Shown here: piece by piece, positions 31,601-40,325 of the stretch
Numbering within the stretch: the stretch's first letter is position 1
How the letters are laid out: each line of letters opens with the position of its first letter
Assembly (NCBI GenBank): GCA_052279835.1
Contig: CP181291.1
Location: forward strand, 5,728,001-5,792,000
From: Microcoleus sp.
GTDB lineage: Bacteria; Cyanobacteriota; Cyanobacteriia; Cyanobacteriales; Microcoleaceae
Direction of reading: 5' to 3'
Length of the DNA stretch: 64,000 bases
Translations under genes and position numbers: made by a program
Notes under the pieces: model-generated
Told to the model about the DNA's origin: nothing
Databases searched by the model: none
What the model saw: only the letters and a program-made list of their open reading frames with translations

Positions 31601-32193
31601 CTTCTGCAACTTACAAAAAGCGCGATCGACTCAAGGACTTTTTGCGATCGCTAGTGAATCCATCGGCCCCAGCCTTAGTCAAGAGTAACGAAACCGAGAC
31701 AGCCTCCAACCAAACAGCCGAAAACCCCCAGCAAACTCCTCTTGAGCCCAAAGAAATCAGCGATTTTAAACCAAACGGCTTTTTGCCGATCGATGTCCGT
31801 TTCAATCCCGATACTTACTTTGAAAAACACGCCAGAGTATCCGGGTATTACGACTCTGACTATCAAGACTTTAAATTAATCGGCGAACAAACTGTAGCCC
31901 TCAAAAATCTAATCGAATTTACCAAAGTTCGCAACATCAATCTGGTGTTTGTGAATATGCCTTTAACCGAAGATTACTTAGACCCGGTGCGGACAGCTTA
32001 CGAACAGGAATTCCGACAACATATGCAACAGTTAGCAGCTCAAACAGGATTAATTTTCCGAGATAATAGTTTATTATGGCCGCAGGCACGGGAATCTTTT
32101 TCCGACCCTAGCCACCTCAACCGCTACGGGGCGATCGCCGTTTCTAAACAATTAGCTCAAGATCCAATGATTCCTTGGCCTGTTAAAAAGTAG
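28666..32193 (+). CDS. Large membrane-anchored protein with C-terminal SGNH-like (DUF1574) domain
   Basis: TM helix near aa 690-710; ILIVGSSR, NFGVNG and FSDPSHLN motifs; duplicated N-terminal module. Confidence 0.8.
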   Translation: MLNANGSILADNRSAASQWAQAALGLPEVQLQVRLRGNHLHILCEAALCPSQELVTARFTSAIAQTDFTRLLAPDRPKIYQLFLCGRKLGSRQNDWTVRLDCSSPQKPENDSTVAEQPAPTIPPDEPPTEAPKGGFFGKFRNQNRKLKQISNPVAPPTTAPQLREELEFDAETPPKASGIEYRELFETAPVTIDTSASSGFSPPVAVHGHETTQQQQNRGAVALIQSPQPAIGDTAKTSTLTLPVESLAKRGYPDAIASYLSEILGPMGVSVKVSIREKELPDSPETDDSQTREHLKTIDRRLLVLCESGYSPDPSLLAAPIAGRLRKLKLENFRDAVIVSQVSGEAKPDWMLRVDLTPPDKILKAWARWGDVQSIAKLLNLHLAPSQVEVRATLKESTLHLFCSKAVSKGQKQKAPAYPDKQQTADAIAPMLASFAPQGIHGATLYGVKAVSDSKAEPDSPGWIDWVDLPAAHHPDLAPSPRTLATEGDRSALTFLLNRLLNPNLKRKLETGGIRAVVLQKDDVLHIMTEALTCPSQSQVGPPVVKFLRELKIPGVAGVRVYGRRAGQKIPLWRYGLNLTTATSQESAPTAASVDSQLVVFEKEPVPEFATSATDGTFSSLGENLVFPGDAKPSGWHRGLKIRLPGYNLGERLVPALVQPLVASGLFVPNDGLSTSVAGSTSVRADRAAGIALVWAIAGCLLTFNSDWLLGQFVKYTTVSAAPRAMLACSDQNCQNSSVKPESDVKAPVVSPASPVAPQSQEVNLPQIPLEPSPLAKGEEAFNGSGFTKPGKIAVPVVEAPPAMVYPTLRSEQLDAQIARYQEYIRQHKRPPDILIVGSSRALRGIDPGVLETALAAGGYPGLKAYNFGVNGATLQVVDSIVRRILPPQQLPKLLVLADGARALNSGRPDLTFSAIASSEGYRQLARGSFLIRTNQLETEVSKEVTNNPLAVVAAFAHNFEQTQANVQQLVNQKLVETSATYKKRDRLKDFLRSLVNPSAPALVKSNETETASNQTAENPQQTPLEPKEISDFKPNGFLPIDVRFNPDTYFEKHARVSGYYDSDYQDFKLIGEQTVALKNLIEFTKVRNINLVFVNMPLTEDYLDPVRTAYEQEFRQHMQQLAAQTGLIFRDNSLLWPQARESFSDPSHLNRYGAIAVSKQLAQDPMIPWPVKK

Positions 32194-32214
32194 TTTATAC
32201 AATCAGGAAAGAAG

Positions 32215-32728
32215 AAGAAAGAAGAACTCCCCTTGGGGGGCACAGGGGGGGTGACATCTCCCTGATTCCTTCTCCCTGAATTTCCCCCCTTGGTGGGCAC
32301 AGGGGGCGGTTACTTCTTCCTGATTCCTTCTCCCTGAAATTCCCCCCTTGGGGGGCGCAGGGGGGGGTGACATCTCCCTGATTTCTTCTCCCTGAATTTC
32401 CCCCCTTGGGGGGGGTAGGGGGGGGTTCTTCTTCCTTCTTCCTTCTTCCTGAATTTCCCCCCTTGGGGGGCACAGGGGGGGGTGATATCGTTTCCGGCTG
32501 CATCGGAATGATTTAACCTTACTAGAACGCAGAGAACACAGAGGGAGAGAAGAGAGATGAATAATTCCGATGTTACCGGATTTGATATGACTTCTTCCTG
32601 ATTTCTTCTCCCTGAATTTCCCCCCTTGGGGGGGGTAGGGGGGGGTTCTTCTTCCTTCTTCCTTCTTCCTTCTTCCTTCTTCCTTCTTCCTTCTTCCTTC
32701 TTCCTTCTTCCTTCTTCCTTCTTCCTTC
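32215..32728. repeat. Composite tandem repeat: ~58-bp C/G-run palindromic units plus (CTTCCTT)n tract
   Basis: CCCCTTGGGGGG...GGGGGGG...CCTGAATTTCCCC recurs about 6 times and is interrupted by a MITE. Confidence 0.9.
32486..32587. mobile_element. 102-bp MITE (family A), TSD TGA
   Basis: Imperfect TIRs TATCGTTTCCGG...CCGGATTTGATA; TGA duplicated at 32483-85 and 32588-90. Confidence 0.9.
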
Positions 32729-32738
32729 AATAATAAAC

Positions 32739-35612
32739 ATGAAAAATCTGACATCTACTAAAAACAGCACAAATCCACCACCTAAAAATACCCGAAAAAA
32801 TAGGCCTTTGATATTTTTTATACTATCCCTAGCATTTTTCCTATTCAGTTTATATCAAGGTTTATTTTTACCCTATTCCCTATCAGCCCCTGGACCTGGA
32901 AAAGAACAAAGTGGCGAACCATCCTTGCAACCCTTCGATGAAGTCATCAAAGACACCCAAAAATCCGAAGGAATGTTTACCCTGTATACAAACAAAACCA
33001 CAGATAAAGTCTATCTAGAAATTAAGCCCGAACAACTAAATAAAAAATTCCTCTGCTTTGTAACCCTAGCTTCCGGCTTAGGAGAAGCAGGAATTTTGAG
33101 TGGACTTCCCTTCGGAGACTTCTTATTTCAACTGCGAAAAATCCAAAATAACGTACAATTTGTAATTCCAAATATCAACTTTCGCACCAGTCCTGGCGAT
33201 CCACAAACAGGTTCCGTAGAACGAGCATTTAGCGAGTCTATCCTGTATTCTTTACCCCTCAAAAGCATTCATCCCCAAAGACAAACTCTGCTGATAGACT
33301 TGGGTGATTTGCTGATGAACGAAAAGCGTGACTTGCCAGGGGTAAAATCATTTTTGCCGATGATTTTAGGTGCATCTTATTCACTAGACAGTGACAAATC
33401 TTACTTTAAGGAAGTGAAAGCCTTTCCCTTAAATGTAGAGATTACTTCTGTCTACGGTTTTTCCAGCGATAATGACAGTTCTGTCAACTATTTACCCTCA
33501 ATTCCTGACAGTAGAGCTTTCAATCTTCGCATTCACTACAGTTTCTCAGAAGTGCCATTAAATAATGGCTATCGCCCCAGATTCGCGGACGAAAGAGTTG
33601 GTTATTTTATCACAGCATATAAAGACTTTTCTGACAATAGCAGCCGGGAGCCTTTTGTGCGCTATATCAATCGCTGGCATTTGCAAAAACAAATTCCCAA
33701 TGCTCCGATTTCACCGCCAGTGCAGCCGATCGTCTTTTGGATTGAAAACAATGTACCTCTGGAATACCGCAACGCCATCCGTGAGGGCATTTTGGAATGG
33801 AATAAGGCTTTTGAAAAGGCGGGATTCCGTGACGCAATTCAGGTCAAACAGATGCCGGACAATGCCAAATGGGACCCGGCTGATGTTCGGTACAATACTA
33901 TTCGCTGGTCGAGTTCCTTCGATCCAGAATTTGCAGGTCTGGGCCCCTCTCGCACTAACCCGCTGACTGGAGAAATTTTGGATGCGGATATTTTGTTAGA
34001 TGCTAATATTGTCAGACAAATTAAACAGGGCTATCGGTCTTTGGTGCAACAAAATCGCTCGGTGGCTAAGAGTTTTCAAGGACAAAATGGCTCTAACACA
34101 AATCCTTGTCAGTTCGGGATGTATTCTCGCTATTTGAGAGTGCTAGGAAATGATAATTTAGGCACGGGAAATAAAGAAAATTCTGCGGGTGAACTGGTTG
34201 ATGATTTACCAAATTTGGTGGAAAGATACCAACAGCAAAAGCGATCGCCTGTGTCGCGGTTGATGTCAGATTCTGATTTGTGCTTTGGGTTGGAATCCAG
34301 CCAACAATTTGCCATGGGTGCAATGTCCATGTCTCTGTTGGGCAATGGGACACCTAATAGTTCGGAAATTGAGGAGTATGTGAATCAATATATCCGATTT
34401 TTGACTGCTCACGAAGTTGGTCACACTTTGGGTTTGAGGCACAATTTTCACGGTAGTACGATGCTGCAACCGGAGGAGTTGAATAATACTCAGTTAACTC
34501 GCACTCAAGGTTTGGTGGCGTCGGTGATGGATTATGTGCCGATTAATTTGGCGGCACCGGGAAGTGTCCAGGGCGATTATTACCCCATGATTGTGGGGCC
34601 TTATGATGATTGGGCGATCGAGTATGGTTACAAGGTGCTTGGTGCTGTCAATCCCAGTAGCGAATTGCCAATGTTACAGGAAATTGCCAGTCGTGCTGCG
34701 GAACCGCAATTAGCTTATGCGCCGGATGAAGATGCTGTTGATATTCTCGATCCGGCTGCTAATACTTTCGATCTTAGTGCCAATATGCTCGCTTATTCCC
34801 AGTTGCAATTGGAGAATGCTAGGGTGATGTGGAAGCGTTTGGAAAGCAGAATTCCGGTTGGGGATGATGGTTACAATGAACTGCGGGTGATGTTTGATTC
34901 GGTGTTTGGATATTATGTTCAGCAGGTGATGAATGCTACTTTGTATGTGGGGGGAGAGTCGTTTAATCGAAGTCGCCCTGGCGATCCGAAGGGGAAATTG
35001 CCCTTTGTGCCGATCGCACTTAGTCAGCAGCGAGAAGCATTAGCAACCCTGGATAAATACGTTTTTGCACCGGATGCGTTTAGTTTTGCACCCCAGTTGC
35101 TGAATAAATTAGCGCCCTCTCGTTGGAATCACTGGGGAAGTCCGGCTTTGGTGTTTCCTTTAGATTATCCCATTGGCGATCGCATTACTTTTTTACAGCG
35201 GTTTGTATTGCGAGTTTTGCTCTCTCCTGAGAGGCTGGTGAGACTGCGGGATGCGGAATTAAAATCGGCACCCCAAAGTGCTCTGAAGTTGCCGGAAGTG
35301 TTCGATACTTTACAACAGGATATTTGGCAAGAAGTTTTCCATCCTAAGAATAAACAAATTGAGATTTCGACTTTTAGGCGTTCTTTGCAGCGGGAACATT
35401 TGGCAATTTTGATCGGTATGGTGTTGCGAAAAACGAGTGTTCCTGAAGATGCGCGGACTTTGGCTTGGTACGAGTTGCGGCAGTTGCGGGAGGGTTTGAG
35501 TAAAACTATTCGCAGTTTGGATCGGAATGCGGATGCTTATATGCGGGCTCATTTGGAGGAAACGCGCGATCGCATTTCTAAGGTTTTGAATGCACAGATT
35601 CAGTCGAATTAA
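32739..35612 (+). CDS. Zinc-dependent metalloprotease, EcxA-like (DUF5117/DUF5118/DUF4953)
   Basis: HEVGHTLGLRHNF metzincin motif, SVMDY Met-turn, PRFADERVGYF; N-terminal TM. Confidence 0.9.
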   Translation: MKNLTSTKNSTNPPPKNTRKNRPLIFFILSLAFFLFSLYQGLFLPYSLSAPGPGKEQSGEPSLQPFDEVIKDTQKSEGMFTLYTNKTTDKVYLEIKPEQLNKKFLCFVTLASGLGEAGILSGLPFGDFLFQLRKIQNNVQFVIPNINFRTSPGDPQTGSVERAFSESILYSLPLKSIHPQRQTLLIDLGDLLMNEKRDLPGVKSFLPMILGASYSLDSDKSYFKEVKAFPLNVEITSVYGFSSDNDSSVNYLPSIPDSRAFNLRIHYSFSEVPLNNGYRPRFADERVGYFITAYKDFSDNSSREPFVRYINRWHLQKQIPNAPISPPVQPIVFWIENNVPLEYRNAIREGILEWNKAFEKAGFRDAIQVKQMPDNAKWDPADVRYNTIRWSSSFDPEFAGLGPSRTNPLTGEILDADILLDANIVRQIKQGYRSLVQQNRSVAKSFQGQNGSNTNPCQFGMYSRYLRVLGNDNLGTGNKENSAGELVDDLPNLVERYQQQKRSPVSRLMSDSDLCFGLESSQQFAMGAMSMSLLGNGTPNSSEIEEYVNQYIRFLTAHEVGHTLGLRHNFHGSTMLQPEELNNTQLTRTQGLVASVMDYVPINLAAPGSVQGDYYPMIVGPYDDWAIEYGYKVLGAVNPSSELPMLQEIASRAAEPQLAYAPDEDAVDILDPAANTFDLSANMLAYSQLQLENARVMWKRLESRIPVGDDGYNELRVMFDSVFGYYVQQVMNATLYVGGESFNRSRPGDPKGKLPFVPIALSQQREALATLDKYVFAPDAFSFAPQLLNKLAPSRWNHWGSPALVFPLDYPIGDRITFLQRFVLRVLLSPERLVRLRDAELKSAPQSALKLPEVFDTLQQDIWQEVFHPKNKQIEISTFRRSLQREHLAILIGMVLRKTSVPEDARTLAWYELRQLREGLSKTIRSLDRNADAYMRAHLEETRDRISKVLNAQIQSN

Positions 35613-35636
35613 TTGGATGTGATTACTTTCCCCCAC

Positions 35637-35707
35637 TAGACATCTCCCATAATTATTGTGGAACAGGCATCCTGCCTGTTCAAGACTCGCTTTTTGGGAG
35701 ATGTCCA
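35637..35707. repeat. Small inverted-repeat element
   Basis: TAGACATCTCCCA...TGGGAGATGTCCA flank an internal hairpin GAACAGGCA..TGCCTGTTC. Confidence 0.7.
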
Positions 35708-35724
35708 CTGATCAGTGTAGGTTA

Positions 35725-35897
35725 TAGCAACCGCCAAGGCGATTAGGATATTTCGGTCACTGAGCCCTTCGACCCTTCGACTACGCTCAGGGCGACGCTC
35801 CGCTCAGGATAAACTACGTCGAAGTGGACATTTCGACCCTTCGACTACGCTCAGGGCGACGCTCCGCTCAATGACCAAACCGCCTTGGCGACTGCTA
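35725..35897. mobile_element. MITE with TA duplication (IS630-like ends) carrying nested CTTCGACTACGCTCAG repeats
   Basis: TA|TAGCAACCGCCAAGGCG...CGCCTTGGCGACTGCTA|TA. Confidence 0.75.
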
Positions 35898-36075
35898 TAT
35901 CTTCAACTCCCAACTCGGTTTCTGGACGGCGAGGCGTAAGTTTTGGTAAAGTTTTGTAACAAATTGGTATGTCAGCGCATAAAATCTCAAACGACACCCT
36001 GATAGACATATAGTGAGCTCGTTCTCTAGGATGCCAAAAAGCAACGCCAACCCAACTATCCACTCTGAGGTATAC

Positions 36076-37665
36076 GTGAAAAAATTCAAAAAAATGTTTG
36101 AACAAACTTCCTCTAGCGGGTTTGTTCAAAGTTGTCTGTCGCTGACTGCTTTGACTTTATTGGGATTTACCCCAGTTGAACCAGTCAGCGCCGCCAGTCT
36201 TCATACTGGTTTCGCTTCCTATAGCATTACCGATCTCGGCCCCGGCAACACTTACAGTATCAACAATTTCGGACAAGTGGTAATGGGTAAAAATGGTGTA
36301 GGTTGGATTTGGGAAAACGGTAACTTAACCGAAGTTACCGGCAGCACTTGGGCTTACCAAATCAACACTTCCGGTCAAGTGGTGGGCCGCTATCTCAGCG
36401 GAAATTGGACGGATAATGCCTATTTGTGGGAAAACGGTCAAAGGACAGACCTCGGTTATTTTGGCGGCATTAGCAGTAGCGCTAGTGACATCAATGATGC
36501 TGGGCAAATAGTTGGTAAGTTTAACATTGCCCAAGATAAATTTAACCCCTTTTTATGGCAAAACGGTACGATGACCGATCTGGGTACTCTTGGTTTCAAT
36601 GGCGGGGCTATGAGTATCAATAACAGAGGGCAAGTAGTTGGTTATTCCGGTCTTGTTGTAGGGATAACTCATGCTTTCCTGTGGGAAAACGGCACGATGA
36701 GGGACTTGGGAACTCTGGAAGGAGACAACGACAGCATTGCTTACGATATCAACGATCTGGGACAGGCGATCGGCTATTCTGCTAATAAAAACACTCAGCA
36801 AAGTAAACCTGTTATCTGGTCAAACGGTAAACTTACAGAACTCAAAACTCTCGGTGGCAATGTCAATTACGGGGTTGCAATTAATAATAAAGGACAAGCA
36901 GTCGGTTTTGGTAACACCAGTGTCAATGGCAGCCTAAGTCACGGTTTAATCTGGGAAGACGGCGAAATGGCTAACCTTAACAGCCTGATTCCTGCTGATT
37001 CTGGGTGGTTTTTACAGCAAATCAACGGCATTAACGATCGCGGTCAAATTGTCGGTCAAGGGATTAACAGCAAGACTGGTGCAAATCATGCTTTTCTGCT
37101 CAATCCCGTCAGCGGTAGTTCTCAGCGCAATCCTTTATTACCTGATAATTTTGAGGATGGTTGGCATATTTTTAATAATGTCACAAGTCGCCTGTGGTTT
37201 GATCCGCCAACCTCGGCGGGTTTTGCGTTCAAAATCGGCGAGGTTGGGGGGTCAAGTCCGATCGCATTTAATCCCAACCCAACCGAACCATCGCTATTTA
37301 CAAAAATTCTCAGTTTGCCCAGTGGAATTGATGCTGACGAACTATTTTCTGTAATAGTTGGCGGCCAAGAAATCGGTAAGTTTCGCCCGAATGAAGTGGT
37401 TGATTTTGTTGCCTTACTCGGTTACGGCGTTTCCGAGTTTAACGTTACGGGCATTGATGCGCTAATCGATCCGACAAATCCCCTAGCGTTTCCGATTAAG
37501 TTAGAATCAAACCACGATAATTTCTCTTTTAAAATGCGGGCGATGGATGGTGCTGAAGCTGTTCCAGAACCTTCGGAAATCGGGGGGATAGTAACTGCGG
37601 CTGCGATTTTTGGTGGTATGTTGTGGAAACGCAAACGCAGCGATCGAAAAGTGCAAGTCAAGTAA
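36076..37665 (+). CDS. HAF-type extracellular repeat protein with PEP-CTERM sorting signal
   Basis: Repeated INxxGQVVG...HAFLWENG..DLGTL; C-terminal VPEPS + TM + KRKR. GTG start after GAGG chosen; the ORF track starts at 36013. Confidence 0.9.
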   Translation: MKKFKKMFEQTSSSGFVQSCLSLTALTLLGFTPVEPVSAASLHTGFASYSITDLGPGNTYSINNFGQVVMGKNGVGWIWENGNLTEVTGSTWAYQINTSGQVVGRYLSGNWTDNAYLWENGQRTDLGYFGGISSSASDINDAGQIVGKFNIAQDKFNPFLWQNGTMTDLGTLGFNGGAMSINNRGQVVGYSGLVVGITHAFLWENGTMRDLGTLEGDNDSIAYDINDLGQAIGYSANKNTQQSKPVIWSNGKLTELKTLGGNVNYGVAINNKGQAVGFGNTSVNGSLSHGLIWEDGEMANLNSLIPADSGWFLQQINGINDRGQIVGQGINSKTGANHAFLLNPVSGSSQRNPLLPDNFEDGWHIFNNVTSRLWFDPPTSAGFAFKIGEVGGSSPIAFNPNPTEPSLFTKILSLPSGIDADELFSVIVGGQEIGKFRPNEVVDFVALLGYGVSEFNVTGIDALIDPTNPLAFPIKLESNHDNFSFKMRAMDGAEAVPEPSEIGGIVTAAAIFGGMLWKRKRSDRKVQVK

Positions 37666-37741
37666 TCTCTTGTGCGGGCGATCGATTATATTTAATTAGG
37701 TTTTGCTGAATAATCGATCGCTCGCAAACAACAAGTGCGAT

Positions 37742-37886
37742 AACCATCAACGACATCCTCATGTTTGGCTGTCGGTTCACTCAGGGGCATAGCAACTCCA
37801 TTGACTAGCGCCAATGACTTGCCGGATTTGTCATCCCAGTTAAGAAATTCCTCGAAGGAAAGGGTTTTTTGGGCGATCGCAATCAT
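37742..37886 (-). pseudogene. Truncated 5' copy of Uma2 gene 40326-40949
   Basis: First ~48 codons and the leader are near-identical to 40805-41000, then the sequence diverges. Confidence 0.9.
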
Positions 37887-37996
37887 TGATATTAACCTTT
37901 TGCGTAGGTTGACTCTCTGTTATCTGTTTTTAGCTTAACGTGAGGTAGAGAGGATAAACGTTCTGCGAGGTTTCAGTTCCTCATTTGGCCTTGTTA

Positions 37997-38098
37997 TATC
38001 GTTTCCGGCTGCATCGGAATGATTTAACCTTACTAGAACGCAGAGAACACAGAGGGAGAGAAGAGAGATGAATAATTCCGATGTTACCGGATTTGATA
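37997..38098. mobile_element. 102-bp MITE (family A), TSD TTA
   Basis: Appears identical to 32486-32587; TTA duplicated on both sides. Confidence 0.92.
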
Positions 38099-38115
38099 TT
38101 ACCCCCTCTAGGATT

Positions 38116-38165
38116 CGGCGGTTGAAACCGCTACTACAAAAACGAAGTCCGCCGACGCGGACTAA
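38116..38165 (-). repeat. ~50-bp double-hairpin repeat, copy 2
   Basis: Reverse-complement homolog of 716-765. Confidence 0.85.
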
Positions 38166-38174
38166 GAAATAATA

Positions 38175-38262
38175 TTATTAGATAAGGATCGGCTGCGATC
38201 GCCCAATTGTCCTTAGTGAGGGCTGATTTTACTGCGTCATGATAAATATCTCTGGCAGACAT
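38175..38262 (-). pseudogene. XisH-family N-terminal fragment
   Basis: Hand translation MSARDIYHDAVKSALTKDNWAIAADPYL matches the XisH N-terminal pattern; it ends at a repeat. Confidence 0.8.
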
Positions 38263-38305
38263 AGGGTTAGGACTACACATCTATGTTAATGATGTTTAGA
38301 AATGC

Positions 38306-38530
38306 TTATGCGTGTTGTAAAGATTGACCGAATAATTGCGGCTGTGGCAAGGGTTTACCTTCATCTAACGTCGATTCAGTGAGAAGTTCCAAAACCTCGC
38401 GGGCATTTTTTAATGCGTCTTCGTAAGTATCCCCGTGAGTATGACAGTAGTCTCCCCATTCTGGAAAACTAACGACATAGCACCGATCCTCATCTGACCA
38501 TTGAATAACAATTGTATAATGACTGTTCAT
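38306..38530 (-). CDS. hicB: HicB family antitoxin
   Basis: IQWSDEDRCYVVSFPE...THGDTYEDALKNAREVL...PLPQP. Confidence 0.92.
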   Translation of the reverse strand: MNSHYTIVIQWSDEDRCYVVSFPEWGDYCHTHGDTYEDALKNAREVLELLTESTLDEGKPLPQPQLFGQSLQHA

Positions 38531-38742
38531 CTATTTTTTTCCTCAATTTCAGCTAGTTGTTTGAGAGCATTGTCAACATCTTTTTCCTGATAGAGCTTGG
38601 CATCAACGCCGTCTTTTCCTGAGAGGGTCAGCTTTCCTTGTAGCAGAGGATGTGACCATTTGGTGTGGCTACCTTTAGCAGACTCACAAGCAAATCCTGC
38701 TTTCAATAATAGGCTTTTCAAATCCCTGATTTTTCTGGGCAT
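38527..38742 (-). CDS. hicA: HicA family toxin
   Basis: MPRKIRDL...KGSHTKWSHP; 4-nt overlap with hicB. Confidence 0.92.
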   Translation of the reverse strand: MPRKIRDLKSLLLKAGFACESAKGSHTKWSHPLLQGKLTLSGKDGVDAKLYQEKDVDNALKQLAEIEEKNR

Positions 38743-38745
38743 CCG

Positions 38746-39378
38746 TTATTTACCTAGTTGTTGCTTCAAATCCCGGATAGCAGCGCTGGTATTGCGTTGG
38801 TAAGCAATTTCGACACAGCGGACGATCGCACTTTGTAGATCGAAGTCTGGAAAATAAATGCTTTGGCTTTGAACTTGATAGTTTGCACCTTGCAGCCGAT
38901 AAATTAAGAGTTGCTGCTTCTTATATAGCCAGATTTCAGGAACCCGATAGGGAAGATAATCTTGCACGTCGGAATAACTGGTGACATCAATTTCGATGAC
39001 TAAATCTGGTGGCGGATCATTTTGCCAATCAATCCGCTTTTTGCCACAAACCGCTTCCCAGTTGTTAATATAAAAGCAATAGTCTGGTTCAATGCCACTT
39101 TCTTCTGGGACTGTCATGGTGATAGGAGTAAACGCATCATATTCCCGTTCATCCGCATCCAAAAGAGTTGTGACAATATTGGCAATCAAATGGGCATCTT
39201 TTCCGTGTACGGGTAAAGGTGACATCAGCAACACTTCTCCATTGCGATACTTCAGACGCGGAATTGAGCCGTCTCCACGGCGATCGTACAAACTTTGATA
39301 ATCTTGCCAAGTTGCAGGTAAGCGCACTACAGAACCCGCAGGTAATTGAATTTTTTCTGGTGAGACGAGGGCAAACAT
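38746..39378 (-). CDS. Uma2 family endonuclease
   Basis: TWQDY, IEPDYCFYI, PPPDLVIEIDVTS, VPEIW. Confidence 0.92.
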   Translation of the reverse strand: MFALVSPEKIQLPAGSVVRLPATWQDYQSLYDRRGDGSIPRLKYRNGEVLLMSPLPVHGKDAHLIANIVTTLLDADEREYDAFTPITMTVPEESGIEPDYCFYINNWEAVCGKKRIDWQNDPPPDLVIEIDVTSYSDVQDYLPYRVPEIWLYKKQQLLIYRLQGANYQVQSQSIYFPDFDLQSAIVRCVEIAYQRNTSAAIRDLKQQLGK

Positions 39379-39466
39379 GGTCTAAACTCCCTTTTGCAGC
39401 CGTTGATTCTCATCATAGACGGATTTGATCGAGTTCGTCTGGAGTGGAATTGCGATCGACGAAGAA

Positions 39467-40255
39467 CTAAGAGAGCGATCGCCGATCGATTGACAAAACC
39501 TCCGTTATCTCCGATCTTAACCAAGGAGATGGTGGATTGCTGTTGTAATCGATGAAATAATCGTAGCCCAATTGCTCGTACAGTTCGTCAACCAAGGATT
39601 GCAAGTCTAATATCGGTTCTGAATCGGACGATCGCAAAGGCAACAAAAATGCCGGAATGCGATCGCCTAAGTTAAAGGGATACAAATCGGAAATTGGACG
39701 AGTTTGCGATGGGCTAATCAAGATGCGATAGTGACTCTGAATATCGCCAGTTTCTACAGGCAAGGGAATACCATCGCGAAGCAAATCAATTTCAACCAAA
39801 TGGGTGAGACTCTCTAAAATTTTCTGCCGTTTTGCGATATATTTTTTACGACCTTCACCAAATTTATTCGCAGGTGAAAGCACTTCGATCGCTGTCACCA
39901 CTTCTTGAGTTGCAGCATCTTTTACTTCGATATAGGATTGCTGAATTTCTTCGAGCATTGGCACCGTTACTTTAACAGGTTCTGGCAAGGGGCAAACTGC
40001 AACAGATGCTTCAAAAGAATCTGTATTCGCTGGCACATTTGTTCGGTTCTGCTGCACGCTGACATCTGGTCTACCAATTGCAATTGCTGTCGAACCTGCG
40101 ATTTTATACACCCATTTATCTGTCACCACGCGATATTTCGGAACGAGTCTGGGGACTAAGAATCGAGCAATTGCTGCAACCAATTGATTGTGAAAATCCG
40201 ACCAATACTCTGGTTGTTCCAGGTAGGGATTCATTCCAGAGAATGGATTGGGCAT
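39467..40255 (-). CDS. DUF4058 family protein (Uma2-related nuclease fold)
   Basis: MPNPFSGMNPYLE..WSDFH, RPDV, IEVLSPANK, HLVEIDLLR. Confidence 0.88.
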   Translation of the reverse strand: MPNPFSGMNPYLEQPEYWSDFHNQLVAAIARFLVPRLVPKYRVVTDKWVYKIAGSTAIAIGRPDVSVQQNRTNVPANTDSFEASVAVCPLPEPVKVTVPMLEEIQQSYIEVKDAATQEVVTAIEVLSPANKFGEGRKKYIAKRQKILESLTHLVEIDLLRDGIPLPVETGDIQSHYRILISPSQTRPISDLYPFNLGDRIPAFLLPLRSSDSEPILDLQSLVDELYEQLGYDYFIDYNSNPPSPWLRSEITEVLSIDRRSLS

Positions 40256-40325
40256 GGGAAACTCTCCCGATTTATGTGGTGCTTCATACTATTATACAAC
40301 TGTTCATCTAAATAATCTGCAAACA

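Noticed and set aside
32195..32770. CRISPR-like periodicity and three repetitive ORFs
   Set aside because: Units repeat along their whole length with no unique spacers and no cas genes; the ORFs are repeat read-through.
38175..38262. fdxN-type excision element
   Set aside because: Only an XisH stub; no xisI or recombinase and no interrupted host gene.
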